Below, one piece after another: positions 40,493-53,900 of a DNA stretch of 64,000 nt (position 1 is the stretch's first letter; each line of letters opens with the position of its first letter). The position numbers and the translations under genes were made by a program. Below the pieces are notes generated by a model. That model was given only the letters and a program-made list of their open reading frames with translations, was not told the DNA's origin and did not search any database. This stretch comes from Eledone cirrhosa. Lineage: Eukaryota. The stretch lies in assembly GCA_964016885.1 (NCBI GenBank), contig OZ024743.1:254200001-254264000 (forward strand). Direction: 5' to 3'.

Positions 40493-42931
40493 CAATTTCT
40501 TTGCTTTTACAACCTTGTCACCGGGAAATTAAGAGAAAGAGAACATACATACACATACACACACACACATACATACAAAGTTGCCATTTTAATGTTTGTT
40601 ACTATGTAAGTATTAACGTCTAACTTATTAAGATATATGTAACATAAAATAAATTATTCTTACATCAACTTATGTTGGACGATTTTAACTTGAATATGCA
40701 CATTTTAAAATGGTCAGTTTTATATCATAGCATTTTGGGCAGTATTGCATGAATTGGTACCAAAAGAATTAACCCCATTTATCATACTCCATTTTCTTTA
40801 CATCTCACTAATATCTCCTTAAAATCTTAAGCACCTTTGTATGGTTCTTTTATTGCAGTGTTTTAGCACATTTTAAACTGATTGTAATAGTCTTTTCAAA
40901 ATGCATTGGTTTTAGTTAAATTGATGGTGATGATTGCTTTATTTAATGAGACTTTATGTAATTGTGCTTTATCTAATTAGACTTCATCTAATTAGACTTT
41001 GTTTAATGAGACTTGGGGTTGTGAGCTTCCTATTTATCATAATGTCAACTGGAAAGTTATAAGTTAATGAATGTTTGTAATAGGAAGACCCCAAGATGAG
41101 TTCTCTCTTTTTGACTTAGTTCCAAGTACTGTAACACTTTGCATTATCATATTTTAGTTGATGATGATGCTGTGGGACTTATTTATGCTGCTGTTGTTGA
41201 TGTCATTTTCATCATTGTTTAATTCCAGGGAAAGTCTGATAGAACAAACAGAATTCTACTTCTTTTTTGCTCACTTATTCCTGGGGCTTATCAGGATTCT
41301 GTGAGAAGCAATTTTCTCCAATTGATCCAGCTGAATCCTCAAGTGAAACCAACTGAGCTCATGGATGTTATCCAACCATCTTGTTCAGAGTTTACCTCTG
41401 GGTCTCCTGTCAGTTGGTTTTTTCCCCATAAAATCTGTCCAATGATTCTTTCCTTAACGATTCTGACCACATGTGATTAGAGTCCCACTGAAACAAGTGG
41501 AGAAGTTCAACTATCTCAGGGACATATATTTGAGTGATTGAACACGGTTGGTATAAAAGCCAAACTTGCTATCTTCAATTCAGTATTTGTGCGAACCATT
41601 ACCTATGTTCATGAATCTTGGATATTGACCATAATACAATAGTGAATACAAGCAGACAAATTGGGGTTCCTCTAAAAGGTATTGAAGTAATATTATTCAA
41701 TAGAGTGCATAGCTGCCCTTTCTCCGAATCAAGAGAAGAATTTTCATTGCAAATATAAGCAGCCGAAATGGGCTTCCTCCAAAGGGTCTCTGGAGCAATG
41801 TTACATAATAGAATGCATAGCTTAGAGATTAGGGAGTCACTTCAGTTAATGCTGCTATTTCTCCACATTCAGAGATCACTAACAGAATTGTGTTGCAATA
41901 TTTGTTCTGGGTATCTCTAGTCTGACTTTCAGTCCTACTAACTTTGCCTTTCATTCATTTAGTGCCAGTAAAAAATATATACCAGCTAGTGGAAGATAGA
42001 CACTAAATGATGATGATGATAATACTGGTACAATCCTCTCTATTTCTCTTCCTTTCTCTCAAAATATCTGTTCCCATTTTGGATACATAACAAGAGAGTC
42101 TTATCCACTACATACTTAAATACAATGCACCCACTTCTTTTACTTGAGTACTTCTTTCATGATATGTATCATTGGGTGATGAAAAATCTGAACCTAGCAT
42201 GGTTGCTAGCCATATCACATGTCAACTCTCAAGCCAAAGCAATGTCTGACAAGATTTCTTCCAGACATCAACCAGGCTTTTGATAGGTCTGCATTGCTTC
42301 ATACACCTTTTATTTGTAGGAGCTTCAACCCAAGAAACTTACTCACTGGTCTCACATGCACACACAAATACATATAAATTAAGGGAAGCATTATTTTATG
42401 TCTTGTATATGTATTTTGCTAATTTCTAGATTTTTCGTTTTCACAAACTTATATATATATATATATACAAACATACAGAGTAGTACAGTAAAATTATAAA
42501 CCTATTTCAATTATTACATACTTCTTACATCAATTGCACAATAAAGCTATTTTTCAGACAAATCCTTCTCAATTCTTCCCGTCCCATCTACCACCAGCAA
42601 TCTTCTTTTCTTGTTTTCCCTTCTGCTCTACTTAAAAAAAAAAAATCATATAACATGTTTTTCATTTTCCCTCTACTATTCTTAAACCACTTTCCTATCT
42701 TTCCTGTCTCTTCAAATGAAAGATGTAATATTTCTAAAAAGTTATGTTATTAAGGGATAGTTATGGGATTACTGGGTGGAAATCATCGCCAATACAACAC
42801 TGCGCAATTCTCTTCTCTTCGCTTCCATGAGGAACTTTTCTTAAGATTTGCATTTCTTTCAATAAATTCTGTAGGTTTAGATTATTTATTTATTTATCTA
42901 TTCATATATTTATTTATTTGTTTATCATTAC

Positions 42932-42990
<59 letters not shown>

Positions 42991-43092
42991 GTTTGGTTTA
43001 TTCATTGTCCTATAATAGATAAAAGAAAAAATGTTGGATGAATACAAAAAAAAAAAATTAATATTAATATAAAAGATACAGAGATAAAAATG

Positions 43093-43147
<55 letters not shown>

Positions 43148-43215
43148 AGTGTGTGTGTGTATAGATAAATAGATAGATAGATACATAGATACATGCATTT
43201 ATACATAGATATACT

Positions 43216-43246
<31 letters not shown>

Positions 43247-43502
43247 CCATATATATATTCACATATGTATATCTATGTATATATATATATATATACATAT
43301 ATAAATATATATATATATATACATGCATACATACACACATACATGCACACACCCACATAAACATATATAAAAATTGGTATAGTTTTTCTTCTATCATATA
43401 TGAATGAAAAAATATTTTTTGTGAATGAATATGAAAACAATAATAATAATAATAATGGTAATAATGATAAAAACACCAATGATAATAACAATAATAGCAA
43501 TG

Positions 43503-43557
<55 letters not shown>

Positions 43558-44198
43558 CAACAACAACAATAATATATGAATGGGAAACAGATACAAAAAA
43601 ATATCATATATATATATTTATGAATAAGAAATGAAGAGCTTCATAACATGCTATATACAACAAATACCTTCTGTTCGGTACCGGTAGCAACTAGTCATTT
43701 TCTTCTTTCGCTATAAAACCAAGATAGCACCAGCAATAAATAATCGTAAACTTACTACCAAACACAATACCCTTTAAATTTATAGACAGCAAAAAGTAAG
43801 GAACAGTGATTTCCTGTTAAAACATTTCTTCAAAGATTGTCATAAATAAAAGGCCAAGCTGTGTTATTACAGTGGTGAGTTGATGTATTTGTGCAATGTG
43901 TTGTGGTGGAGGTGTATTGATGTGTTGACGTGGAAGTGTGTTGGTGTATATTCAGGTGATGGTGTGATGTGCTGGCTTATTGGTGTGTTGGGGGTATTGG
44001 TGCATTGAGCTTGAGGTGTATTGGTGTGTTGGTGTTTTTTGTGTAGTGTGTTGTGATGGTGGTGCATTAGATTATCATATTGGTGTGTAGGTGCATCGTT
44101 GTGGCGGTATGTTGCTGCATTGGCATATTGGTGCATTGGTGTACTGGTATGGTGGTGGGTTAGTGTAGTCAAATGTTGGTGCATTTTCTGATCTCCAG

Positions 44199-44273
44199 AC
44201 ACAACAGCAGAGCTGGAAACTATACTATTCGAAAATAACTCAAGAAATAATCCAACTATTATAGTCGTGAATG
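44199..44273 (+). other. Candidate 75-bp internal host exon (phase 1-1)
   Basis: ttttctgatctccag|...|gtaaaa, open frame [24 protein letters not shown], non-repeat composition. No recognisable protein. Confidence 0.3.
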
Positions 44274-44364
44274 GTAAAAAAAGGCATATATATTTATATA
44301 TATATGCATACACACATGTATATATACATATGTTTATACACACACACACATATATATATATACA

Positions 44365-44410
<46 letters not shown>

Positions 44411-44457
44411 TATATATACAAGCTCATAGATATGTGTGTGTATTATTTATGTATGTA

Positions 44458-44516
<59 letters not shown>

Positions 44517-45927
44517 CAGACATCATCATATTTCTTCTCCAATAACACCATCTCACATCCACTTCAGTATATTTCTGACAAAGCACAATATTGTCTTTCT
44601 CTTGTTATTATTGTTGTTATTTTCCCTTCTTTTCTTCTTTCACCCACTATCTCCCATCACTGGCTCCCTTTTGCCTTTCTTATAGCAGATCTTAACATCA
44701 TCCATCCAATGTAAACCCGTGTCTTTTTCTTCTTCCCTTCTCTATGTTCCATCTTTTCAAGAATAAGGGGTGTTCTACGCTATGATATATACACAATACA
44801 CACTATCCCATCATTTCATATTTCTAGTTTCACCATAAATCCAATACAAACAACAAGGAAGAGTCTAAATTATATGTTATTAGGTTTTAGACATGAATCA
44901 TATATCTGTTCCGTATGAAAAGTGTGTTGTGAGTTGAATGATTGAAGAAAGATAAATTTAGAAGTGGAAGGGGTGCAGGTAGAGGGTTGTTTTTTTTATA
45001 TTTCTGAACAGGTATGAATTACAGAAGAGAAAGGTGTATTTATTGACCAATACAAATATATCTGAAGAAAATAGATCAAAGCTATCATCTTCATGAATTC
45101 CATTTCTGAAGATTTCAACACTTCCTCATTCTCTGCTTTATCATTTCGTTTACTGAGCTGTTTTGGTATTGGAATTTGGATGGGAGACACAAGACATCAC
45201 TAATACAAACCAAGCAATACACCTGGTATGTTAGAATAACAGCATGGAAATCATCATCATCGTTTAGCATCTGCTTCTCCAGTGAGCAAAGTTTATGCAT
45301 GTCACATACTGGTCAGTCCTCCAGTGGAGCCTTCGATAGTGATGATGATGACATATATCCCTGGAAACAAGCCTTTTACTCTTTCTTCCTTGGACAAAAC
45401 TCTTTACTAAAGCTACCATGTCTTATATATCACTTCAAGGAAAATATCAACACCGATATTGTTGTTATACTTCTACTAATTATACCCTAAAAATATTTAA
45501 ATACTAGAATGTTTATATATACGCTGACACGTATGTGTGTATGTGTGTGCATATCCATACATTTATATGTATGAGTATATAAATATAAACGTGCAAACAC
45601 ATACACAATTATATAAATACACTCATAGACATACATTCACACATATTTACACAAACACACACACATACACATACACTCACACACAGCATAGTTTTTTCAC
45701 CATCCCCTTCTTTCCTTTTACACACACATACATTCATACAGGCAGCAGATGTAAAGAGAGAGGAGTAGTATGAAGTAGTCAAACTACTACTCTCTTTTTA
45801 CATGTTGCAACAGAATCACAGAATTTTATGTATAGATAAATAATTATAATGTTGATAATGATTACAGTGAAGATGATATTCATGAAAGCAATGTTGATGA
45901 AAAAGATGTTGAAGATGATGATAATGA

Positions 45928-46080
45928 TTTCGGGTTTAGGCACGATGCCAACAATTTTGGGGGGAGGGAAAGTCGACTAAATCAACCCCAGTGCATTACT
46001 GGTGTTTTATTTATCGACTCTGTAAGGATGAAAGACAAAGCTAAGCTCGGCGGGATTTGAACTCAGATCATAAAGGGCCG
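45928..46080 (-). mobile_element. SINE with Meta/Sauria-like domain
   Basis: Homologous to 24492-24615. Confidence 0.72.
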
Positions 46081-47208
46081 TAACTCTTTGCCATGAAGGA
46101 AGATGATGATAATGATGGTGATTATGATGATTACAGTGATGGTAATGATATGATCATGGAGGCGATGATGATGACAATAGTGATAATGAGGAAGATGTCA
46201 CCGTCGTTACCACTGATGATGATTGTGGAGATGTTGATGATAATGAGGATGTTGTTGCTCTTATCACCACTAATGATGATCATGATGATGATGGTGATTA
46301 TAATGATAATGAGTATGATGTCATCATCATTGCCTCTGATGAAAATAAAGATGATGATGACATTGATGATGATCATAATAATAATGATGAATAAATAACT
46401 AACATCTAAAAAGCCTTGACAACAACGTCTATAGCTTGAACATATATGTTTTGACATATTTGGATTGAGAGAAACCATCTGTTTACTACACATTGATTGA
46501 GCTGATGGTTTAATCTGATAAATTCTGCTACATTTATAATTATCTTTATAAATATAACCTTGCTTTAGTCTCTTTACTTCTTTGGCATTTTATTTTTTAT
46601 AATATCAAAAATTTAGTCTAATACACTTGATTATTATGTGGAATGCCTTCAGGACATTGCCTTGATATGTTCATAATAAAACTTGAAAAAAGAAGACAAG
46701 TAAAAAATATTATAAATTCAGTGTAAATTTTTAAGAGGACAGAATTTATTGAGATATAACAATATGTGTTTACATATTTATATATGAAAATATATATATA
46801 CATATATATATATATGAAAATATATATACATATATATATATGAAAATAATATATATACATATATATATATATGAAAATATATATATATATATGAAAATAC
46901 ATATGTAGATATATAAAATATACATACATATACACTTATATATACATATATATACACATACATATATAATATACATATATATACACATACATATATAATA
47001 TACATATATATACATATATACATATATATATACATATATTCATACACATATAAATCTATATATACACACACATACATATTTGTATGTGTTTTCTTACATA
47101 TATGTATTTGTGTGTTTATATATGTATGTATGTATATATATCTATATATATCTATATATATCTATCTCTGTCTCTCTCTATATATATAACATAAATATAT
47201 ATATATAT

Positions 47209-47794
47209 ATCATCATCATCATCACCGTTTTACGTCCGATCTTCCACGCTAGCATGGGTTAGACGGGTTGTCCTGTTGTGGGCAGTGTCTGGTCGGCTGA
47301 CCATGCCTTGCTCATACAGGAACTGATTTGGCTTGATTTCTACAGCTGGATGCCCTTCCTAACACCAACCTCATTTACAGTGAGTGCTGGGTGCTTTTTC
47401 GTGACGCCTACACGTCCACTTTACATATATAAATATATGCATATATATATATATATACATCATCATCATCGTCATTTCATTTTACGTCCGCTTTTTCCCT
47501 GGGTGGTACGGGAACTGATTCTGGCTTGATTTCTACAGCTGGATGCCCTTCCTAACACCCACCTCATTTACAGTGAGTGCTGGGTGCTTTTTTGCCGTGG
47601 CACCTCCACAAACACTTTGCAGTGGAATGATAGGGAGTGGAGTCCTTGCATCTCATTTCCACAGCCGAGTAAACTGGAGCAATGTGAAATATAGTGTCTT
47701 ACTCAAGGAAACAACACATCACCCGGTCTGAGAATTGAACTCACAACCTTTCGATTGCAAGCCCAATCCTCTAACCTCTAAGCCATGTGCCTCC
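47209..47794 (-). mobile_element. tRNA/CORE SINE with RTE tail (47458-47794) plus an adjacent tail fragment (47209-47417)
   Basis: Same family as 10098-10440. Confidence 0.82.
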
Positions 47795-47821
47795 ATATAT
47801 ATATATATATATATATACATA

Positions 47822-48445
47822 TCATCATCATCATCATCATTATGATCGTTTAACGTCCATCTTCCACGCTAGCATGGGTGTGGACGGGAATTTTCCCACT
47901 TGAGGCAAGATTGGTTGTCTTGCTCGTATAGGACTGTCTGGCGGTTTTTCTACGGTTGGATGCCCTTCCTAACACCAACCACGTTTACAGTGTGGACTGG
48001 GAGGTTTTTACCGTGTTACCTACACGGCCACATTACAGCGTGGACTGTGTTTTTTTTTCGTGACACCTTCACGACCTCATTTGTTTCGGACTGGATGTTG
48101 TTGTACCAACATAACTTTACATTGAAAGGGGTGGTGTGGATGGGGTGGGGGTAGTGGGACGGGGGTGTATTTTTGTTAGAGGTGCCTATTGACTGTAGGT
48201 TTCGCTTTGTACTTAGGCAAGGCGGGTCTTCAGGATTACTGTGTAGCGCCAAAGATCTCGGTCCAGTGACATCGTCTTGGAGAGGTGTAAGTGTGTGAGG
48301 TCGGAATTTATCAAGTCGTCCCAGGTTTTTTCTGGGTCTGCCTACTCCGTGGCTACCGTCTATTTTTATCGCCCTGCACTTTTTTATACAGCTGTCGTCT
48401 TTCATGCGCATCACGTGACCGTACCAATGTAGTCTTCTCTCTCGA

Positions 48446-48446
<1 letters not shown>
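47822..48446 (-). mobile_element. RTE LINE 3' fragment
   Basis: VMRMKDDSCIKKCRAIKIDG, 3' UTR and (GAT)n-like tail. Confidence 0.88.
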
Positions 48447-48486
<40 letters not shown>

Positions 48487-48624
48487 TAACAGATTAAAGT
48501 TTAAGCAAAGAATCGCTGCTTTCACCCTTAACGGGATCTTCTGAAACTAACAAAGTCAATCTGTAAACGCAGAAGTGGATATTTCAAAAAACGTTGCAAC
48601 CGGAGGAAGACAGGAAGACGATAC

Positions 48625-49660
48625 TTTGGTTCGTGGAAACATTCCCTGACAAAGAACCGGAAAAAAACGAATATAATACGTCATTAATAGAAGCGGTGAA
48701 AAATAATTACACGCAAAGACAGGACCACGTTTATGGTATAAAAGAAGTCGTAGACTAATGTTCTCTTAAGTAGGTATAATTATTTATTTATTTGTATACA
48801 GGCACACACACACACATATTTATAAGTGCGTGGTTTTGTATATCTATGGCGAGTGTTTTCGCCTATGCTTGTGTATGTACGTATTTGGACGCGTGTATGT
48901 ATTTATTTCATTTCAATTACATCTGTATTGTATTTTATTTACTTTATTCTTAACTCTGAAGCGTAGAATCATTCGGTTTCCTAGTTAGAATTTTAGTCTA
49001 CGACTTCAGCTTTTACGTGGTTTTCTCTTTGCGTGCAATTGTTCTCAACGCTACACATAGCACGTATTATCTTCGTTTTATTCGTTCATTGCCAGAGAAC
49101 GTCTCTATGAACCACCTAAGGGAACATTTGTCTACGACTTATTTTATACCATAAACGTGGTCCTGTCTTTGGGTGTAATTGTTTTTCAAGGACTCAAGTA
49201 TAGGGTACTCCATTCAAAGGAAAGCCATCACTAAGTCCAAGCAATACGCAAGGGGAAATCCGACGTGTGGCTTATGTATTGACGAACGAATAACTATCCT
49301 AAAGAGATTACGCAATAGTGATTGCCTAAACACGAGAAGTGAATTTTTCACACGTTGTCCACACGTCACTAAACATTTATTACATAACTACAAGCCTCCG
49401 TACTGATTCTTTGTAATTTTATTTTTTAATATTTTAATTTTATTTTCAACCAAAAAACTTTCCGGAATTTCGCAGTTATCTCCCTTACACCCCCGCACGC
49501 AGTCTACTATTGCCTGTGTGAAGAGACCGAGTTTCGGAGCATGCGCGTTCGTACGGTTGTCCTTCCTGTTCCTATAACTAATACATCCCGAGCTAAAGAT
49601 CCGCGAAGGTGAAACAATTGTTCTCGGTATGGTGAACTAACTGTTGTGTAACCACTTCTA
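48625..49660 (+). mobile_element. Naiad-type PLE 3' remnant with upstream inverted repeats
   Basis: ORF 49179..49406 (CGLCIDE..LNTRSE..CPH) matches the C-terminal motif of the 18.6-kb PLE. HHR at 49588. Inverted repeats at 48697-48768 / 49117-49188, and a more diverged pair at 48625-48757 / 48993-49114. Confidence 0.78.
49588..49627 (+). ncRNA. Type I hammerhead ribozyme, probably inactivated (G5A)
   Basis: ccgag-CTAAAGA-tcc-gcgaa-ggt-GAAA-caattgTT-ctcgg. Confidence 0.72.
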
Positions 49661-49733
49661 TATATATATTTGATATATATTTATCCTTATCGAGCCCTCT
49701 TTGGATTTTAGTCTTCAAATTTATTATTATTAC

Positions 49734-49766
<33 letters not shown>

Positions 49767-49767
49767 G

Positions 49768-49799
<32 letters not shown>

Positions 49800-49885
49800 T
49801 GTATGTATGTATGTATGTATGTATGTATGTATGTATGTATATGTATATATATATATATATGTATATATATGTATGTATGTATATG

Positions 49886-49916
<31 letters not shown>

Positions 49917-50005
49917 TTATGTATATATATATATGTATAAATATATATATATGTGTGTATGTATATGTATATATCTGTATGTATATATATATATACATAT
50001 GTATG

Positions 50006-50070
<65 letters not shown>

Positions 50071-50300
50071 ATGTATATATAAATATGTATATATGTATAT
50101 ATATGTTCCTGTATATATATATATATATATGTATATGTATATATATATATGAATATATATACGTATGTATATATATATATGTATATGTATATATAAATAT
50201 ATATACGTATGTATATGTATATATATATACGTATGTATACATATATATATATATACGTATGTATACATATATATATATATACATGTATATATATATATAT

Positions 50301-50936
50301 ATAAAAACAAATAACGAAACGAAATTAAATTTCGTTTCGTTTGTAACTCACTTTTGTATGACTGACGCTTAAACAATTAAGTTAAAAATGTACATCCACA
50401 TATGTATACTGAAATACTAGTATGCATATGAATACACACACGTGTACATATGTAGATGTACCGAGTTTTTCACTGGTCACTTTACTGTGAGTGTCCAGCT
50501 ATTCTGTATGTAAACACACAGACAAACCGGTTTTTAGAGTCATACTGGTTTTTGAGGAAACACCTTTCCTCTATTCTCCAGAAAGCCAGACAAGGAATAT
50601 TGGACTAGTTTCGATGTTGTTACATCTCATCAGCAATATTTACCTATCTTCCGGCCTTTCTAGAGAGTCGTAAAAGCACATATCGTTATATGCTTTTTCG
50701 ATGAAAATCAGTAGTGAGCAGACTAATTTGCATAGAGCGTGAGTACGTACCGGTTCAACGGAGACGATAAAAACAAATAACGAAACGAAATTAAATTTCG
50801 TTTCGTTTGTAACTCACTTTTGTATGACTGACGCTTAAACAATTAAGTTAAAAATGTACATCCACATATGTATACTGAAATACTAGTATGCATATGAATA
50901 CACACATACGATTCTCTAGAAAGGCCGGAAGATAGG
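50301..50936 (-). mobile_element. Non-coding HHR cassette with identical 140-bp direct repeats, family A copy 2
   Basis: Direct repeats at 50301-50440 and 50767-50906 (period 466). Perfect HHR inside. 24-bp inverted duplication at 50913-50936 of 50643-50666. Confidence 0.85.
50596..50640 (-). ncRNA. Canonical minimal type I hammerhead ribozyme
   Basis: Minus strand reads aatattg-CTGATGA-gatgt-aaca-acatc-GAAA-ctaGTC-caatatt. Confidence 0.9.
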
Positions 50937-50941
50937 GGCTA

Positions 50942-53900
50942 TTCCCACTTGAGGCAAGAGTGATTGTCTTGCTCGCATAGGACTGTCTGGCAGGTTTTCT
51001 ACAGTTGGATGCCCTTCCTAACACCAACCACATTTACAGTGTGGGTCTGGGAGGTTTTTACCGTGTTGCCTACACGGCCACATTACAGCGTGGACTGTGT
51101 GTTTTTTTGTCGTGACACCTACACGATCTCATTTGTTTCGGCCTGGATGGTGTGGCACCAACCTAACTTTACATAGAAGGGGGCGGTGTGGATGGGGTGG
51201 GGGTGGTGGGACGGGGGTGTATTTTGTTAGTGATGCCTACTGACTGTAGTAGGTTTTACTTTGTATTTAGATAAGGCGGGTCTTCTCTATTACTGAGTAC
51301 CGCCAAACGTCTCGGTCCAGTGACATTGTCTTGGTGAGGTGTAAGTGTGTGTGGTCGGAGTTTATCAGCTCGTCCCAGGTTTTTCTGGGTCTGCCTATTC
51401 CGTGGCTACCGTCTATCTTTATTGCCCTGCACTTTGTTATACAGCTATCGTCCTTCATGCGCATCACGTGACCATACCAACGTAGCCTTCTCTCTAGTAA
51501 ACAACATCTGATCCCTCTTATTTCTAATTTTTTCCTTAGTTCGTTTATGCTTTGTCGTTCACGTATATTACTATTACACATCCAGCGGAGCATGCAAGCT
51601 TCGTTTCTCTCTAGTCTGCGTATATCCTCTGCACACAATGCCCAGGTCTCACTGCCATGCAACATTGCTGTTCGTATGCAGGCATCGTACAGCCTGCCTT
51701 TCATTTTTAGGGAGAACCCTTTAGCGGCTAATAGTGGTATAAGCTCTCTGAACTTTTTCCACCCAGTTCTGACTCTAGCTACTGTACTTTCAGAGCACCC
51801 TCCCCCACTGCTGATTTTGTCACCCAGGTAACGGAAACTGTCCACTATTTCTATAGAACCCTCTGCGCAGTTGAAAGAGCTAGTATTTTGTGGGCACTTG
51901 CTGCTACTTATTTCCCCAGAACACCGGCCACATGTAAAATCGATGTTCTTAGTTAGCTTACCTGTGATCCCACTACATCTTTTATGCACCCAAACTTTGC
52001 ATTTGGGACACAAAATCGAATTTCTACCTACGCCTTTCCTACACTCTGCGCATGGCCACTTCCCGGAGGGGACCGCCGCCTTATTTTCTTTCTTACAAAC
52101 TAGAACTTTAGTCTTAGCCAGGTTAATTTTAAGGCCTTTTGATTCTAGGCCGTGCTTCCATGTTTGGAATTTCTTCTCTAGCTCGGCCATTGATTCAGCT
52201 ATGAGCGTTAGATCATCTGCGTATAGGAGTTCCCATGGGCAGCCGGTCTTGAACTCCACTGTTATAGCCTGGAGGGCAATAATAAATAGTAGGGGGCTAA
52301 GAACAGAGCCCTGATGAACACCAACTTTTACACTAAACTCTTCACTATATTCGTTGTTAATTCTAACCTTGCTGACTGTTTCTTTATACATGGCTTGTAT
52401 AGCTCTCACAAGCCATTCATCAACACCTAGTTTTCTAAGAGCCCACCAGATAATGGAACGGGGGACTCTGTCGAAGGCCTTCTCCAAGTCGACGAAAGCT
52501 AAGTATAGGGGTTTACTTTTAGCTAGGTACTTCTCCTGTAGTTGTCGTACAATGAAAAGAGCGTCTGTGGTACTTTTTCCTGACACAAACCCGTACTGCA
52601 TTTCATCTAGATCAATTCGCTCTCTGATTAGTTGCGCTATAACTTTTTCCGTGACCTTCATGACCTGGTCGATTAATTTAATGTCTCTATAGTTACTCCT
52701 ATCTAGGGCATCTCCTTTACCCTTATAACAGTTAACGATAATGCTGCTGCGCCAGTCCATTCTGTATGACTTGGTTGACTATCCGGGTGACCATGGTGTG
52801 TCCCACCGTACCAGATGCCTTCAGCATCTCGGCAACTATTTCCGAAGGCCCAGCCGCCTTGCCTGTCTTCATATCTTTGATTGCCTTACTTATTATACTA
52901 CCCTCGACTAACACTGCTGGTCCCTGTATTGGGTCGATGTGGGGGAGACTGTCTTTCTCCCATTTATTCTCCTCATTTAGTAGCCTTTCATAGTGACACC
53001 TCCAAGCTACTTTCTTATCGGCGTCGGTGATGGCAAGTATGCCGTCATCGTTAAGTACACACTTCTCCCCGACAATATCACTGTTTTCCTTGACACATTG
53101 CCTAGCAATCCTGAACACCTCATGTTTTTGGTCCTCACGTTGTAGAACATGCTTGAACCTTCTTTCCTCTGCTTCCTTTCTTGCGAAGTACACTTGTCTC
53201 CTAGCTTCCCTCCTGGCCACTTGATAGTCTTCTCTGCTTCCCCCATCCCGCCATACTTTCCAAGCCTGCTTTTTGGCCTTAATTGACCCCTCCACCTTAC
53301 TGTTCCACCACCATGTTACTCTCCTCCTGCCTACAGGCCTGCTCCAGCCACAGACTTCGTCTGCCGCCGTCAGCAGGTTTGCTTTCAGGAATTCCCACTG
53401 TTCCTCTACCTTGTACGTCTCTAATTGCTCTTCCTCACTGTCGAAAGCATCAAGTAATATGCTTTGGAATTTATTTTTGGCTGTGGGGTCCTTTAGCTTC
53501 CATATTTTTCTCCTGAGGATAGTCCTCTTCTGTTGTCTAGTACGTCTCGTCCTGACTATTAGGTCGCTAATTATCAGTCTATGTTGTGCATTCTTCATGG
53601 GGGAGGGATTTAGTGTTTACGACAGTCACTTTGTCACGTCTTCTGGTAAGGATATAATCTACCTGGCTAGTATGTTCCCCTGATCTGTAGGTGATCAAGT
53701 GATTGTCTCGTTTTTTTAAGTTAGTGTTGCAGATAGTTAGGTTATTTGCGTCGCAGAATTCCAGGATTCTGGAGCTTTCCTCATTTCTAGTACCAAACCC
53801 ATAGCCTCCATGGATTTCGTCGTAGCCGTCACAATGTTGTCCAACGTGACCGTTTAGGTCGCCTGCAATAATTATATAGTCACTGTCGGTTATTTGCTAC

